Shown in pieces: positions 49,094 through 59,068 of a stretch of 64,000 nucleotides of DNA. The notes beneath the pieces are model-generated. The model saw only the letters and a program-made list of their open reading frames with translations. It was not told where the DNA came from and ran no database searches. The DNA is taken from NCBI GenBank assembly GCA_016192455.1, contig JACPUC010000010.1, positions 90,856-154,855 on the forward strand. The letters run 5' to 3'. The position numbers were made by a program, and so were the translations under genes. This DNA comes from Candidatus Tectimicrobiota bacterium. Its GTDB lineage: Bacteria; JACPUC01. The stretch's first letter is position 1. Each line of letters begins with the position of its first letter.

Positions 49094-50268
49094 TCGCCGT
49101 CCCTCCTGCGTGGATTTCGTGTCGTCTTCGCCTTCTTCTTGCCCTTCTGGTGAACCGTCAAGTTTTCCTTCACGGCTGCCGCCGGAGATGCCCCTCTAGC
49201 ATCGACCACATCCGATGCGCGATTCTCGATGGCCAAGCGGGAACGCTTGATGGCCTCATGCAGTTTGTGTTTCAGAACATCCTTGGGAGGCAGGGCAGTC
49301 AGGTATTCGGCAACGTGGATGCCGGCGCGGCCTAGTTCGAGCAACTCGATCTGTTCGCTGTTTTTCCCGGCGCAAAGGATGATGCCCAAGGGCGTATCTT
49401 CGCCTGATTTACGCTCGTGCCTGTCGAGCCAGCGCAGGTAAAGTTCCATCTGGACCTTGTGATCGGGCCGAAACTTATCGAGTTTGAGTTCCACGGCGAC
49501 CAGGCGCCGCAGATCGCGATGGAAAAAGAGGAGGTCCAGGTAGAAATCGTCATGATCGACCATGATGCGCTTCTGGCGGGGGACGAAGGTGAACCCGGCG
49601 CCCAGTTCCATGATAAAGGCTTCCAGTTCGCGCAGGATGGCCGCTTCCAGGTCTTTTTCCTGATAAGCGCCTTTCAGACCGAGGAAGTCAAGCAGGTAAG
49701 GGTCGCGGAAGACCAGATCGGGGGTCAGACGATCTTCTTCCCGCAATGCCTGAAGTTCAAGCTTCGCCAGCTCTGCCGGCTTCTTGGAAAGAGCCGTCCG
49801 CTCGTACAGCATGGATGCGATTTTCTGCCTCAGGGCGCGCACGCTCCAACGTTCCAGCCGACACATCTCGGCATAGAACTCTTTCTGCATCGGCTGTTGC
49901 AGGTAGATAATCTCCTTGAAATGCGACCAACTCAATTGTCTCGACAGCGTAGAGACTATTCCCCCGTCCGGGAACGCTTCGGCGAATCTGATCGTGTGGC
50001 GGAGGTTCTTGGCGGAAAATCCGTTCCCATATTCCGCCTCCAACTGTCTCGACACCGTGGAGACAATTTCCGCTCCATAATCAGCGCGCTTTCCTTTTAG
50101 CATTTCTTGATTGATCCGGTCTCCGATCCGCCAGTACAGCATGGTAAGCGCGGCATTCACCGTGACGGCCACGGCGGCGCGGGTTTCCTCGATCATTTGA
50201 CGGATGTCGCCGAGCAACCGGGTAGAAGCTGCACGCGGACCCGAGGATTTCACCGGCTTGTCGCTCAC
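49090..50268 (-). CDS. yhcG: YhcG/DUF1016 PD-(D/E)xK nuclease
   Basis: LYWRIG, LSWSH, WSVR.L, RDPY.LDFL and DLLFFH..LVAVELK. Confidence 0.88.
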   Translation of the reverse strand: MSDKPVKSSGPRAASTRLLGDIRQMIEETRAAVAVTVNAALTMLYWRIGDRINQEMLKGKRADYGAEIVSTVSRQLEAEYGNGFSAKNLRHTIRFAEAFPDGGIVSTLSRQLSWSHFKEIIYLQQPMQKEFYAEMCRLERWSVRALRQKIASMLYERTALSKKPAELAKLELQALREEDRLTPDLVFRDPYLLDFLGLKGAYQEKDLEAAILRELEAFIMELGAGFTFVPRQKRIMVDHDDFYLDLLFFHRDLRRLVAVELKLDKFRPDHKVQMELYLRWLDRHERKSGEDTPLGIILCAGKNSEQIELLELGRAGIHVAEYLTALPPKDVLKHKLHEAIKRSRLAIENRASDVVDARGASPAAAVKENLTVHQKGKKKAKTTRNPRRRDGE

Positions 50269-52280
50269 TCCGTCACCTCCGCCAGCATCTCGGCGATCTC
50301 CTGCTCGATCTTCTTCAGGTCCTCTTCGATCTCTGCCAACGGGCGCGGCGGTGTGTAGGTATAGAAGTAGCGATTGACGTTGATCTCATAGCCGATCCTG
50401 GTCTTCGATTCATCCATCCAGGCATCGGGAACGTGGGGCAGCACCTCGCGCCGCATGTACTCCTCTACGTCCTCCTTGAGCGGCACGTTTTCGTAATCGC
50501 GCAGCTCGGGATCGGGCTCGGGGTTGCCCCTGGCGTCGGTGCAGAGCTCCGCCGTCCCATCCCGCTCCGCCAGGGCCATGAGGATGGCCTTGAAGAGCGC
50601 CGCGGGGATCTTGAGCCGGGCCTCTCTGAAGGCGGCGTCTAGCAAGTCAGCAAAGGTGTCGCGGTTCTTGATCACGCCCTTCGCCGCGAGATCCTCCAGG
50701 GCGGAGATGATGGCCTGCTGCATCCTCTGGCCTTCCACCGCTTCGGCCTGGGCGGCTTTGGCATCCTTGCGCTTGCGGCTCGCCGCCAGCTTCACAAAGG
50801 CCGAGGCCTCTTCTAGGCGTTCGATGCGCGCCTCGTCCACGGCGAAGTTGAGCCGCAGGGGGCGTTCGACCGTCAGGCGCCGGTAGCCGAAGTCCTCGTT
50901 GTTGAAGATGCGGACGTGCTCGCACTCCTTGAAATCGCCGTAAAGGCGCGTGATCTCGTCGCGCTGCGGTTCGCAAATCTCGTGGCGCTTGTTGCCGAGG
51001 CTGCGGCGCATCTTCTTGAAGAAGCCGCGCGCGTCCACGAGCTGCACCTTGCCGCGGCGGTGCGGCGCCTTGCGGTTGGTGACGATCCACAGGTAGGTGA
51101 AGATGCCGGTGTTGTAGAAGAGCTGGTCCGGCAGGGCCACGATGCCCTCCAGCCAGTCGTGCTCGATGATCCAGCGGCGTATCTCGCTCTCGCCCGAGCC
51201 AGCCCCGCCCGTGAACAGCGGCGAGCCGTTGAAGACGATGCCGAGGCGCGTGCCCCCCTCCCGCGGCTCCTTCATCTTGCTGATCATGTGCAGCAGGAAG
51301 AGGAGCGAGCCGTCGTTGATGCGCGGCAGGCCCGCCCCGAAGCGGCCGGCGAAGCCCTGCTCCTCGTGCTCACGGCGGATGAAACCCTCCTGGGCCTCCC
51401 ACTTCACGCCGAAGGGCGGATTGGCGAGCATGTAGTCGAACGTCTTCGCGGGGAAATGGTCGTCCGTGAAGCTGTCGCCGAAGCAGATGTTCTCGATGGT
51501 CTGGCCCTTGATCATCATGTCCGAACCGCAGATGGCGTAGGCCTGATCATTGTAGTCCTGGCCGAAGACCACCAGCCGCGCGTCGGGGTTGAGCTCGCGC
51601 AGGTACTCCTCGGCGACGGAGAGCATGCCGCCGGTGCCGCAGGCGGGGTCGTAGAGCGTCTTGACGATCCCCCTGGTGGTGAGGGAATCGCTGTCCGGCA
51701 GGAAGAGGAGGTCAACCATCAGCCGGATGACCTCGCGCGGCGTGAAGTGGTCGCCCGCCTCTTCGTTCGACGCCTCGTTGAACTTCCGGATGAGCTCCTC
51801 GAAGATGTAGCCCATCTCGATGTTGGGCACCGTGTCCGGGTGCAAGTCGATCTCGCAGAACCTCGAGACCAGCAGGTAGAGGCGGTCGGCCTTGTCGAGC
51901 TTGGCGATCTGCTCCTCGAAACCGAAGTGCTCGATGATGTCGCGGGCGCGGCTGGAGAAGCCCTTGATGTAATTCGTGAGGTTGGCGGCGATGTTGGAGG
52001 GGTCGCCCCTGAGCTTCTCGAAGGTGAAGCGGCTGGTGTTGTAGAAGGGGACGCCGGTGACGCGGCAGAGGATGGGTTCGACGTTCGTGATCTTGCTCTC
52101 CCGCAGGCTCTTCAGGCGCTCGCGGACCTGCTCCTTGGTCGGTTCCAGCACGCAGTCGAGCCGCCGCAGGACGGTCATCGGCAGCATCACGTCCTTGTAC
52201 TGATTGGGACGATACGGGCCACGCAAGAGGTCCGCGACCGACCAGATGAAGCTCACCTTCTCGCCGAAGTTGTTCACCAT
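50265..52280 (-). CDS. hsdM: Type I R-M methyltransferase subunit M
   Basis: IWSVADLLRG, HFTPREV, YDPACGTGGML and NPPF. Confidence 0.95.
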   Translation of the reverse strand: MVNNFGEKVSFIWSVADLLRGPYRPNQYKDVMLPMTVLRRLDCVLEPTKEQVRERLKSLRESKITNVEPILCRVTGVPFYNTSRFTFEKLRGDPSNIAANLTNYIKGFSSRARDIIEHFGFEEQIAKLDKADRLYLLVSRFCEIDLHPDTVPNIEMGYIFEELIRKFNEASNEEAGDHFTPREVIRLMVDLLFLPDSDSLTTRGIVKTLYDPACGTGGMLSVAEEYLRELNPDARLVVFGQDYNDQAYAICGSDMMIKGQTIENICFGDSFTDDHFPAKTFDYMLANPPFGVKWEAQEGFIRREHEEQGFAGRFGAGLPRINDGSLLFLLHMISKMKEPREGGTRLGIVFNGSPLFTGGAGSGESEIRRWIIEHDWLEGIVALPDQLFYNTGIFTYLWIVTNRKAPHRRGKVQLVDARGFFKKMRRSLGNKRHEICEPQRDEITRLYGDFKECEHVRIFNNEDFGYRRLTVERPLRLNFAVDEARIERLEEASAFVKLAASRKRKDAKAAQAEAVEGQRMQQAIISALEDLAAKGVIKNRDTFADLLDAAFREARLKIPAALFKAILMALAERDGTAELCTDARGNPEPDPELRDYENVPLKEDVEEYMRREVLPHVPDAWMDESKTRIGYEINVNRYFYTYTPPRPLAEIEEDLKKIEQEIAEMLAEVTE

Positions 52281-52724
52281 GGTGCCGCCTTCCCGCAAGG
52301 GCCTTACAGGTGCGCAGCCATCGCATGCCGCAGGCTCATTCCGCGTGAACCGCTTGCATTCTACATGTTTTCAGGCCCTCTCGGTAGCCCGCCAAGCCTG
52401 TCAGCTCGGGCTGGTAGTCTCAGGGACGAATGCTCCATGGTTTCGCGGACGATCTTGCGGATGATCTCTTGCTGAGGCCGCCTGTTACGCGCTGGGCGAA
52501 GTGGCCCGAACAGTCGGCAAGAAACCGGCCACCGTCGAGCTCGACCTGGAGATGATGAAGGAGGCGATGACCTGGCTGCCCGGCAACGAGCTCTGTGGGA
52601 TGACGCTGCTCCAGACCCAGATGTTAAGCCTGAACTAACCCATATCTGACCACACCCTGCACCCGACCCCATCTTGCGCGTGCGGCAAATGGAAGTTATA
52701 TTCGCCGCAGGAGGTGCGGTGATT

Positions 52725-53840
52725 ATGGCCTATATTCACGAGAGACCGAGGTGGCCGAACTTCACCTGGGACAGTGAGGTGCTCTCGCCCATGCTGGCCG
52801 CGCTGCGCTATCGGCAGGGGCGGCTACTCGGCCGCATGCAGGCCCTGGGCTTTGACCTCAAGATGGAAGCCAACCTGCACACCCTAACCAATGAGGTCGT
52901 CAAGTCTTCAGCGATTGAGGGCGAGAAGCTCAATCCCGAAGCGGTCCGTTCCTCACTTGCCCGGCGTCTCGGCCTTGATGCCGGCGGACTGGCCCCGGCG
53001 GGGCGTGATGTTGAAGGCGTCGTCGAGATGATGCTTGATGCCACGCAGCATCACGAACAGGAGCTGACATCGGAGCGCCTGTGTGCCTGGCACGCTGCCC
53101 TCTTCCCGACCGGGCGCAGCGGCATGCGGCGGATCACGGTCGGCGCCTGGCGTCCGAAGGAAGTTGGCCCCATGCAGGTAGTCTCCGGCCAGCTCGGGCG
53201 TGAGACCGTCCATTTCGAAGCACCGGCAGCGGAACGCCTCGACACCGAGATGAGGCGCTTCCTCGACTGGTTCAATGGTCCAACGGGCATCGACTCGGTT
53301 CTCAAGGCGGGGCTAGCGCATTTCTGGTTCGTGACGATCCACCCCTTTGAAGATGGCAACGGCAGGATTGCCCGTGCCATTGCCGACCTGGCACTGGCGC
53401 GGGCCGACGGCAGCAAGGAGCGCTTCTACAGCATGTCGTCGCGGATCGACGCGGAACGCAACGCCTACTACGAGCACCTGGAAGCACAGCAGCGGAACGA
53501 CCTCGATGTGACGGCATGGCTTGCCTGGTTCCTTGGTTGCCTCGACCGCGCGATTGAGAGCGCCGAGGAAACGCTCCAGGCGGTCCTTTACAAGGCCAAG
53601 CTTTGGGAAACGGTCAATCGCCGGCCGGTCAATGATCGTCAGCGCCAAGTCGTCAACCGCATGCTCGATAGCTTCCAGGGGCACCTGAATACGTCGAAAT
53701 ACGCCAAGCTTGCGAAATGCTCGACCGATACAGCCTTGCGCGACATTCGTGAGCTGCTCGACCGGGGTATTCTGATCCGGAATCCCGGCGGCGGCCGCAG
53801 CACCAGCTACCGGTTGGCGAGGATCGACGAGCTGGCCTGA
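52725..53840 (+). CDS. Fic family protein (DUF4172 + Fic + C-terminal HTH)
   Basis: WPNFTWD, SSAIEGE and the canonical HPFEDGNGRIAR motif. Confidence 0.92.
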   Translation: MAYIHERPRWPNFTWDSEVLSPMLAALRYRQGRLLGRMQALGFDLKMEANLHTLTNEVVKSSAIEGEKLNPEAVRSSLARRLGLDAGGLAPAGRDVEGVVEMMLDATQHHEQELTSERLCAWHAALFPTGRSGMRRITVGAWRPKEVGPMQVVSGQLGRETVHFEAPAAERLDTEMRRFLDWFNGPTGIDSVLKAGLAHFWFVTIHPFEDGNGRIARAIADLALARADGSKERFYSMSSRIDAERNAYYEHLEAQQRNDLDVTAWLAWFLGCLDRAIESAEETLQAVLYKAKLWETVNRRPVNDRQRQVVNRMLDSFQGHLNTSKYAKLAKCSTDTALRDIRELLDRGILIRNPGGGRSTSYRLARIDELA

Positions 53841-54122
53841 GAGCGCCTCGCATTCATTGGCGCCAACCTGTTCGTCCGGACCGGACGTTTCCAGAGGGTC
53901 TCTGGACCGGAGCGGCTCCCGAAACGAGGTCCTGACCAGGGTGGACAGCACCGAGCGCTCGCTTCTCACCACATCGAGCGCGGCACCGTCTTCCCGCTCC
54001 AGCAACCGCAGATTGCGCTACCCGCTCCGGCGGCCCCCACGCCCTTCGGATTTGCGATCTCATTGCGTGATGTCAAGCATGCTCGTCCGTTGTAAACTGG
54101 AAAAAGCAACGCTCCAGGGAGC

Positions 54123-54770
54123 CTACCGCCTGCCGCCGCCGACCATCCCCCTCATCGCCTCCACCCCCTCGCTCATCCGCTCCGGCTCAACGTCCGCGTA
54201 GACCGCCGTGACGGCCGGCGAGCTGTGGCGGGCCTGCTTCTGCACCAGCCGCAGGTCCTTGGTGGCGGCGTAAAGGTAGGTGCAGTAGGTGTGCCGGGCG
54301 CTGTGGATGGAGTAGCGCTCGCGCGGGATGCCGGCGGCTTCGAGACAGAGCTTGAACGTCTTGTGCAGAGCGTCGCGGGTGTACGGCTGCCCGCTGAGCT
54401 TGCAAAGCAGGTAGTCGTCCACCCCCAACGGCTCACCCACCCGCTCCTTTCGCGTCAGGTACTCCCGCAGGTGCCGGACGAAGGCCGTGTCCAGGTAGAC
54501 CGCGCCGGGCTTGCCCCCCTTGCCGTTCCGTACCACCAGGTGCGCCTTGCCGCCCAGCCGCAAGTCGCCGCACCGCAGGTTGACCATCTCCGACACGCGA
54601 AGCCCCGACGACAGCGCCAGGTCCACGAGCATCCACCGCTTCACCCACAGGGTGCGTCCCTTGGCGAGGTCGAGAGCCGCTTTCGCCTCGACCGCCTGCC
54701 GGAGCCGCCGCACCTCGTCCAAGGTCAGGAACTTGTCCGCCGTCATCTCCCACTTGCGCCCGCGCGCCAT
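54123..54770 (-). CDS. Tyrosine recombinase, catalytic domain only (215 aa)
   Basis: SGLRVSE, GKGG, HSARH and ARHSS..VTAVY (R-K-H-R-H-Y residues). Confidence 0.9.
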   Translation of the reverse strand: MARGRKWEMTADKFLTLDEVRRLRQAVEAKAALDLAKGRTLWVKRWMLVDLALSSGLRVSEMVNLRCGDLRLGGKAHLVVRNGKGGKPGAVYLDTAFVRHLREYLTRKERVGEPLGVDDYLLCKLSGQPYTRDALHKTFKLCLEAAGIPRERYSIHSARHTYCTYLYAATKDLRLVQKQARHSSPAVTAVYADVEPERMSEGVEAMRGMVGGGRR

Positions 54771-54938
54771 ATCTGAGCCCCTCCCAGAGTATGCAAGACA
54801 TGGCTCAGTATATGGCATACCACGCGAGAAACGCAAGGGGATTATTCATATGATGCCTTCTGTAGAAATTACTTGGAGTGGTCGGAACGAAACGATAGGG
54901 GCTGATCTTTTCCTTGGCCTGCGCCAACCAAACGTTCT

Positions 54939-55472
54939 TTACGTTGCCGTGGGCGCGTCGAGGTCTGGCGACTGGTTCAGCAAAGCCCGTACCGACAGGT
55001 CGCGGTTGAGGCGCTCGACGATCTTGTCGCGGGTCGCGGGGTCGGCCTCGCCAATGGCTTGCAGGACGACAGTCTGGAAGTTCTTGTGCTCGTTCACGTC
55101 CCACATGATCTTCCAGGCCTCGACCTGAAACTTGATTTGGTCCAGGATGGAGTTGAGCACCTTCACGAAAGAACTTGCCTTGGCCCTCGGGTTGTCCTTG
55201 AGCTTCGGGTCGGACCGAAGCTCCTCCATCAGGCGATGGGCCTCTTCATTGATGGTTCCGAGCTGCTCCATGACGGCCAGCCCCCCGTCCACAAGTTTTC
55301 TTGACCGGGCGACATCGAGGCCGCTGGCAGCCGTGCGCGCACCAATTTTCCGCAACCGTTCCCGCACGGAGGCAGGCTGCACACCCAGCTTCTTGGCAAT
55401 CTGATTCGGGTTCAACCCCTGTCGTCGCAGGTTTAGCAGCTCTTCATCGGTGAACTTCAGTTTCGCAGGCAT
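54939..55472 (-). CDS. HTH-domain phage-type protein (possibly terminase small subunit-like)
   Basis: GLNPNQIAKKLGVQPASVRERL HTH followed by coiled helices. Confidence 0.6.
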   Translation of the reverse strand: MPAKLKFTDEELLNLRRQGLNPNQIAKKLGVQPASVRERLRKIGARTAASGLDVARSRKLVDGGLAVMEQLGTINEEAHRLMEELRSDPKLKDNPRAKASSFVKVLNSILDQIKFQVEAWKIMWDVNEHKNFQTVVLQAIGEADPATRDKIVERLNRDLSVRALLNQSPDLDAPTAT

Positions 55473-55604
55473 ACTATCACCAAACTTGCGGCAACCGCCA
55501 CGCAATCAATAGGTTGCGCGGGATGCCTTCCATTGGCGCAGAAAAATGGCTTGAAACCACCCAATCGGCGGCATTGAAGCCTTGCGAAGCCTTCGCAGCA
55601 CTGC

Positions 55605-56042
55605 TCACGCCTGGGCCTCCGCGAGGCTGAGCTGCACCACCTCGCCCAGCGCCTTGGTGTCGGCGAAGACCAGCCCGTGACGCTTGATGGTCCCCACGAA
55701 GTCTTGCACGTCGTGGTCTACCATGGTCCACTTCTGCTTCTTCCTATCCCAGCCGCAGTGGCTCAGCTCGTGGTCGATGAGGGCGTGCTTCTGGTCTTCG
55801 GTGAGGTCCTGCCAGACATCATCGTAGACCGTGATGATGAAGTCCGGGGTGTCACCCGGAGCAATCAGCTCCAAGATGCCGGCGAGCCTGCCGCCTACCT
55901 TGCTGGCCGACGCCAGCCGCCGCTTGGGGGCCTTGTCCTCCATCACGTAGAGGATGGATGCCTGGCCAAGGTGCTCAAACTCGTTCACCGTCTCGATGAG
56001 GTGGCGGGCTATCTGTTTCACTTCCTCCGGCGCATGCTTCAT
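55605..56042 (-). CDS. Putative phage metallopeptidase
   Basis: PDFIITV..W..L...QKHALIDHELSHC...HDVQDF..IKRHG. Confidence 0.8.
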   Translation of the reverse strand: MKHAPEEVKQIARHLIETVNEFEHLGQASILYVMEDKAPKRRLASASKVGGRLAGILELIAPGDTPDFIITVYDDVWQDLTEDQKHALIDHELSHCGWDRKKQKWTMVDHDVQDFVGTIKRHGLVFADTKALGEVVQLSLAEAQA

Positions 56043-56138
56043 CGTGGACGCCCTCCTTGCGCCGCACCGTGATGCGGCAGATTTCCACCTCGACCACCTC
56101 GTCCTCTCACGGTGAGGGTTTCCGTGACAGGTCCTTGC

Positions 56139-56552
56139 TTACAGGATGCTCACGCCAGGATCGTTGTGGATCATGGCCGCCGCCTTCCTGATCTGCTGCT
56201 TGCGGCGAACGACTCGGCGGAGTGCCTGCCGCCCGCGTTGGATGATCTCGCTCACCGTCTGGTGGGTGATGTTCAGTGCCGCGCCGATCTCCACGACGGT
56301 CTCACCCAGCAAGTAGTAGCGGGAGATAACGTCGGCCTGGTGCTCACTGAGGTACTGGAGGTCGGGGGCGCTGAGGGGCAACTCAGGCATCCCCTCGATC
56401 TCCGTCCATGCCGAACGTGAGGGGTCGATGGTGATCCCCACCAGCTCGCGGTCGGTGTTCTGCCCCTTGTGGTCCTGGGAGACGTAGGCTTCGGCCTCGG
56501 GGCAGAGCTCGACGCAGGTGGCGCGCTTCGGACAGGCTTCGCAGAGGACCAA
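56139..56552 (-). CDS. Sigma-70 region 4-like regulator with a Cys-rich N-terminus
   Basis: CEACPKRATCVELCP and LSEHQADVI..YYL.GETVVEIGAALNITHQTVS. Confidence 0.7.
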   Translation of the reverse strand: MVLCEACPKRATCVELCPEAEAYVSQDHKGQNTDRELVGITIDPSRSAWTEIEGMPELPLSAPDLQYLSEHQADVISRYYLLGETVVEIGAALNITHQTVSEIIQRGRQALRRVVRRKQQIRKAAAMIHNDPGVSIL

Positions 56553-56555
56553 TGC

Positions 56556-57191
56556 TTACCCTCCTATACCGCCAGGCGTGGCAGCCCCATCAAGCATGGA
56601 CGATGCCGCCGCACCCAGCATGGCGGCGTAGTTCGCGGTGTCGCCGGCCTTGTCCTGAACGGCCACCAGGAGATCGAGGTACTCCTGCCCGCCAGGCGTC
56701 ACATGAGCCAGCCGGCCCAGCATCGACTGCAACCGTTTGCAGCCCTCGTTCACGTACTGGAGCAGCGACGTACAGCCGAGCAGGAAGTGGTCGCCAATCG
56801 CCACGCCGTCGCTGTTGTAGGCCGCGCTCCGTTCCTCCAGGAGATCGACCAAGTACTTCAAGAACTCTTGCGTGGCTCCCACGAGGTCTTCCGGCAGCTC
56901 GCCCACGTAGACGGTGCGGCAACCGTTGCCTGCAGGCGTGGCAACCGGATGCCGCTGGAGTTGCTCGGAGTACGGTTCGCCGAGGCGCGAGGCAGTAAAG
57001 GCGGGCGGCACAGGAGACTGGAAGAGCCTGTGAAGTTCCTCCAGGCGGTGGACCGGCACGCCGTTGCGCTTCCACAAACGAACCGCCTTCGCGGTAATGC
57101 CGAACGCCCTGGCGACCGCACCGACGGTCAACCCGTTCGCTTCAAGACACTGCTGAAACTCGAACCCGTTCAATGATCTCCCTCCCGACAA
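56556..57191 (-). CDS. Hypothetical phage protein with a Cro-like N-terminal HTH
   Basis: GLTVGAVARAFGITAKAVRLWKRNGVP; part of the operon; start uncertain. Confidence 0.55.
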   Translation of the reverse strand: MSGGRSLNGFEFQQCLEANGLTVGAVARAFGITAKAVRLWKRNGVPVHRLEELHRLFQSPVPPAFTASRLGEPYSEQLQRHPVATPAGNGCRTVYVGELPEDLVGATQEFLKYLVDLLEERSAAYNSDGVAIGDHFLLGCTSLLQYVNEGCKRLQSMLGRLAHVTPGGQEYLDLLVAVQDKAGDTANYAAMLGAAASSMLDGAATPGGIGG

Positions 57192-57717
57192 GGCCTGACA
57201 CGACGGCGTGGCAGATTGCTACGGCCAGCGCATCAGCCGCGTCTTCCTGCGGCTTCTTGGGCAGCCCGAGGATGTCACGCACCGCCGCCTTGACCTGCGG
57301 CTTGCGCGCTCTGCCGTAGCCGGTCACGCGCAGTTTCACGGTCTGCGGTTGATACTCGGCGACGGCCACGCCGACCCTCCCCAATGACTGGAGAATGACG
57401 CCCCGCGCCTCGACGACCGGGAAGATGGTCGGCGTGGCCATCCTGAACACCGGCGCCTCAAGCGCGGCTACCATGCCGAATTCTGCCTCCACCATGGTTG
57501 GCATCCAGTTGCGCAATGCCTCATCAATCAACTCCCCCAGTTGAACAAGCCGCACCGGAAACGTCTTCTCCTCGTCCAACACATGGGTGGCGTGAAAGAG
57601 GTGCTTCACGTAATCATGGCTGGCGTCGATCACCCCCACACCAACTCTCTTACTCCCAGGGTCGATGCCGATGATTCGCACCACCGCCGCGGCTGCAACC
57701 GCTTGCACCTCAGGCAT
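57142..57717 (-). CDS. ruvC: RuvC Holliday junction resolvase
   Basis: IIGIDPG, ALE, EARGV, TGYGRA.K.QV and DAADALAVAICH. Confidence 0.9.
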   Translation of the reverse strand: MPEVQAVAAAAVVRIIGIDPGSKRVGVGVIDASHDYVKHLFHATHVLDEEKTFPVRLVQLGELIDEALRNWMPTMVEAEFGMVAALEAPVFRMATPTIFPVVEARGVILQSLGRVGVAVAEYQPQTVKLRVTGYGRARKPQVKAAVRDILGLPKKPQEDAADALAVAICHAVVSGLVGREIIERVRVSAVS

Positions 57718-59068
57718 GCTCCATCTCCCGCGCCAGGTCGGCGAAGCGGTTCAACGCCGGCTGGAAGGACATCTCCACGAAGCCGGTCTTGCCGTTGCGC
57801 TGCTTGCCGACGATGACCTCGGCCACGCCCTTGTCCTTGCTGTCGCGGTTGTACACCTCATCGCGGTACAGGAAGAGGATGTTGTCGGCGTCCTGCTCGA
57901 GGGCGCCGCTGTCGCGCAGGTCCGCCAGCATGGGGCGCTTGTTCTGCCGCTTCTCGCAATCCCGGTTGAGCTGCGAGAGAGCCAGGACGTGGCAGTTCAG
58001 CTCCTTCGCCAACCCCTTCAGGGCGCCGGAGATGTGGCTCACCTGGTCGCGCTTCTCCTGCCCCGGCGCGCCCATGATCTGGATGTAGTCGAAGATCACC
58101 ATGCCGGGCCGGTGGCCGAGAGCCACGAGGCGCCGCAACCGCGCCCGCGCCACCTCCACGGAGATGCGGTAGGTGTCGTCAAGCCAGATCAGGTCCCCAA
58201 GCGGCGTCTTGCCGCCGTCGTACCCAGAGATCAGGCTGGCGGCCCCGGTAACACGCTGCCATTCGTCCGTGCCAATCTTGCCGGACTTGAACGATGAGGC
58301 ATCGACCCGCGCCAGGTTGGAAAGCATTTTCTGGCAGACCTCGACGTTACTCATCTCACAGGTGAAAATCGGCACGGTCCTGCCGCCAGCAGCAACAAGG
58401 AGAGCGACATTGAGGGCCATGGTGGTCTTGCCCATGGATGGCCGGGCCGCGAGAATGGTCAGCTCGCCAGGGCGCCAGCCGTAGATGATCCTTTCAAGAG
58501 TCCTGAAGCCGGTGGGGATTCCAATCGCGCTTGGCTTGTCAGCCTTCGCGTCCTCGATGGACTGAATGCTAAGCTCCATCGCCTCGCCCATCGAAATGAG
58601 GCTGCCACCTCCATGGAAACCACGCGCATGAATCGAGAACACCCGCCCCAGATGCTGCTCGATCAGCTCATCCGTCTCGATCTCTCCACCATAGCAATCC
58701 CCTACCGTCTCGGTGGCGACCGTCAGCAGATCACGCCGTGCCGCCAGCCCCTCTACTATTCTCGCGTAGTGCAGGACGTTGGCGGCGGTCGGGATGCTCT
58801 CCGCCAGCGTGGCGAGGTAGCTGACGCCGCCGACCTCCTCCAAGACGCCGCTTTTCTCCAGCCGGTCGCTCAGCGTGATGAGGTCGATAGGCTGGTTCTG
58901 GTTGAACAGCTCCGTGGCCGCCCCGAAGATCAGCCGGTGGGACTTGCGGTAGAACTGCTGCGCGTTGACGGTCTCCGACACCTTGGCGATGGCCTCGGGG
59001 TCGATCATCAAGGCGCCGATCACGCACTGCTCGGCTTCGAGGTTCTGCGGCGGCAAGCGATGTGTCAC
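57710..59068 (-). CDS. dnaB: Replicative DNA helicase DnaB (element-borne)
   Basis: PPQNLEAEQ, AARPSMGKT, DYIQ, LSQLNR, DLRDSGALEQDAD and KQRNG. Confidence 0.95.
   Translation of the reverse strand: MTHRLPPQNLEAEQCVIGALMIDPEAIAKVSETVNAQQFYRKSHRLIFGAATELFNQNQPIDLITLSDRLEKSGVLEEVGGVSYLATLAESIPTAANVLHYARIVEGLAARRDLLTVATETVGDCYGGEIETDELIEQHLGRVFSIHARGFHGGGSLISMGEAMELSIQSIEDAKADKPSAIGIPTGFRTLERIIYGWRPGELTILAARPSMGKTTMALNVALLVAAGGRTVPIFTCEMSNVEVCQKMLSNLARVDASSFKSGKIGTDEWQRVTGAASLISGYDGGKTPLGDLIWLDDTYRISVEVARARLRRLVALGHRPGMVIFDYIQIMGAPGQEKRDQVSHISGALKGLAKELNCHVLALSQLNRDCEKRQNKRPMLADLRDSGALEQDADNILFLYRDEVYNRDSKDKGVAEVIVGKQRNGKTGFVEMSFQPALNRFADLAREMEHA

Noticed and set aside
49930-50070. Internal IVSTxSRQL repeat in yhcG as a diversity-generating or repeat system
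   Set aside because: Such short repeats are usual in the DUF1016 N-terminal region, and no reverse transcriptase is present.
53840-54120. tRNA/att site or hammerhead ribozyme next to the recombinase
   Set aside because: There is no cloverleaf or T-loop, and CTGACCA does not match the CUGANGA core.
57142-57717. RuvC as a Cas12/TnpB-like effector for the array
   Set aside because: It is a short canonical resolvase in a phage replication operon, 26 kb from the array.
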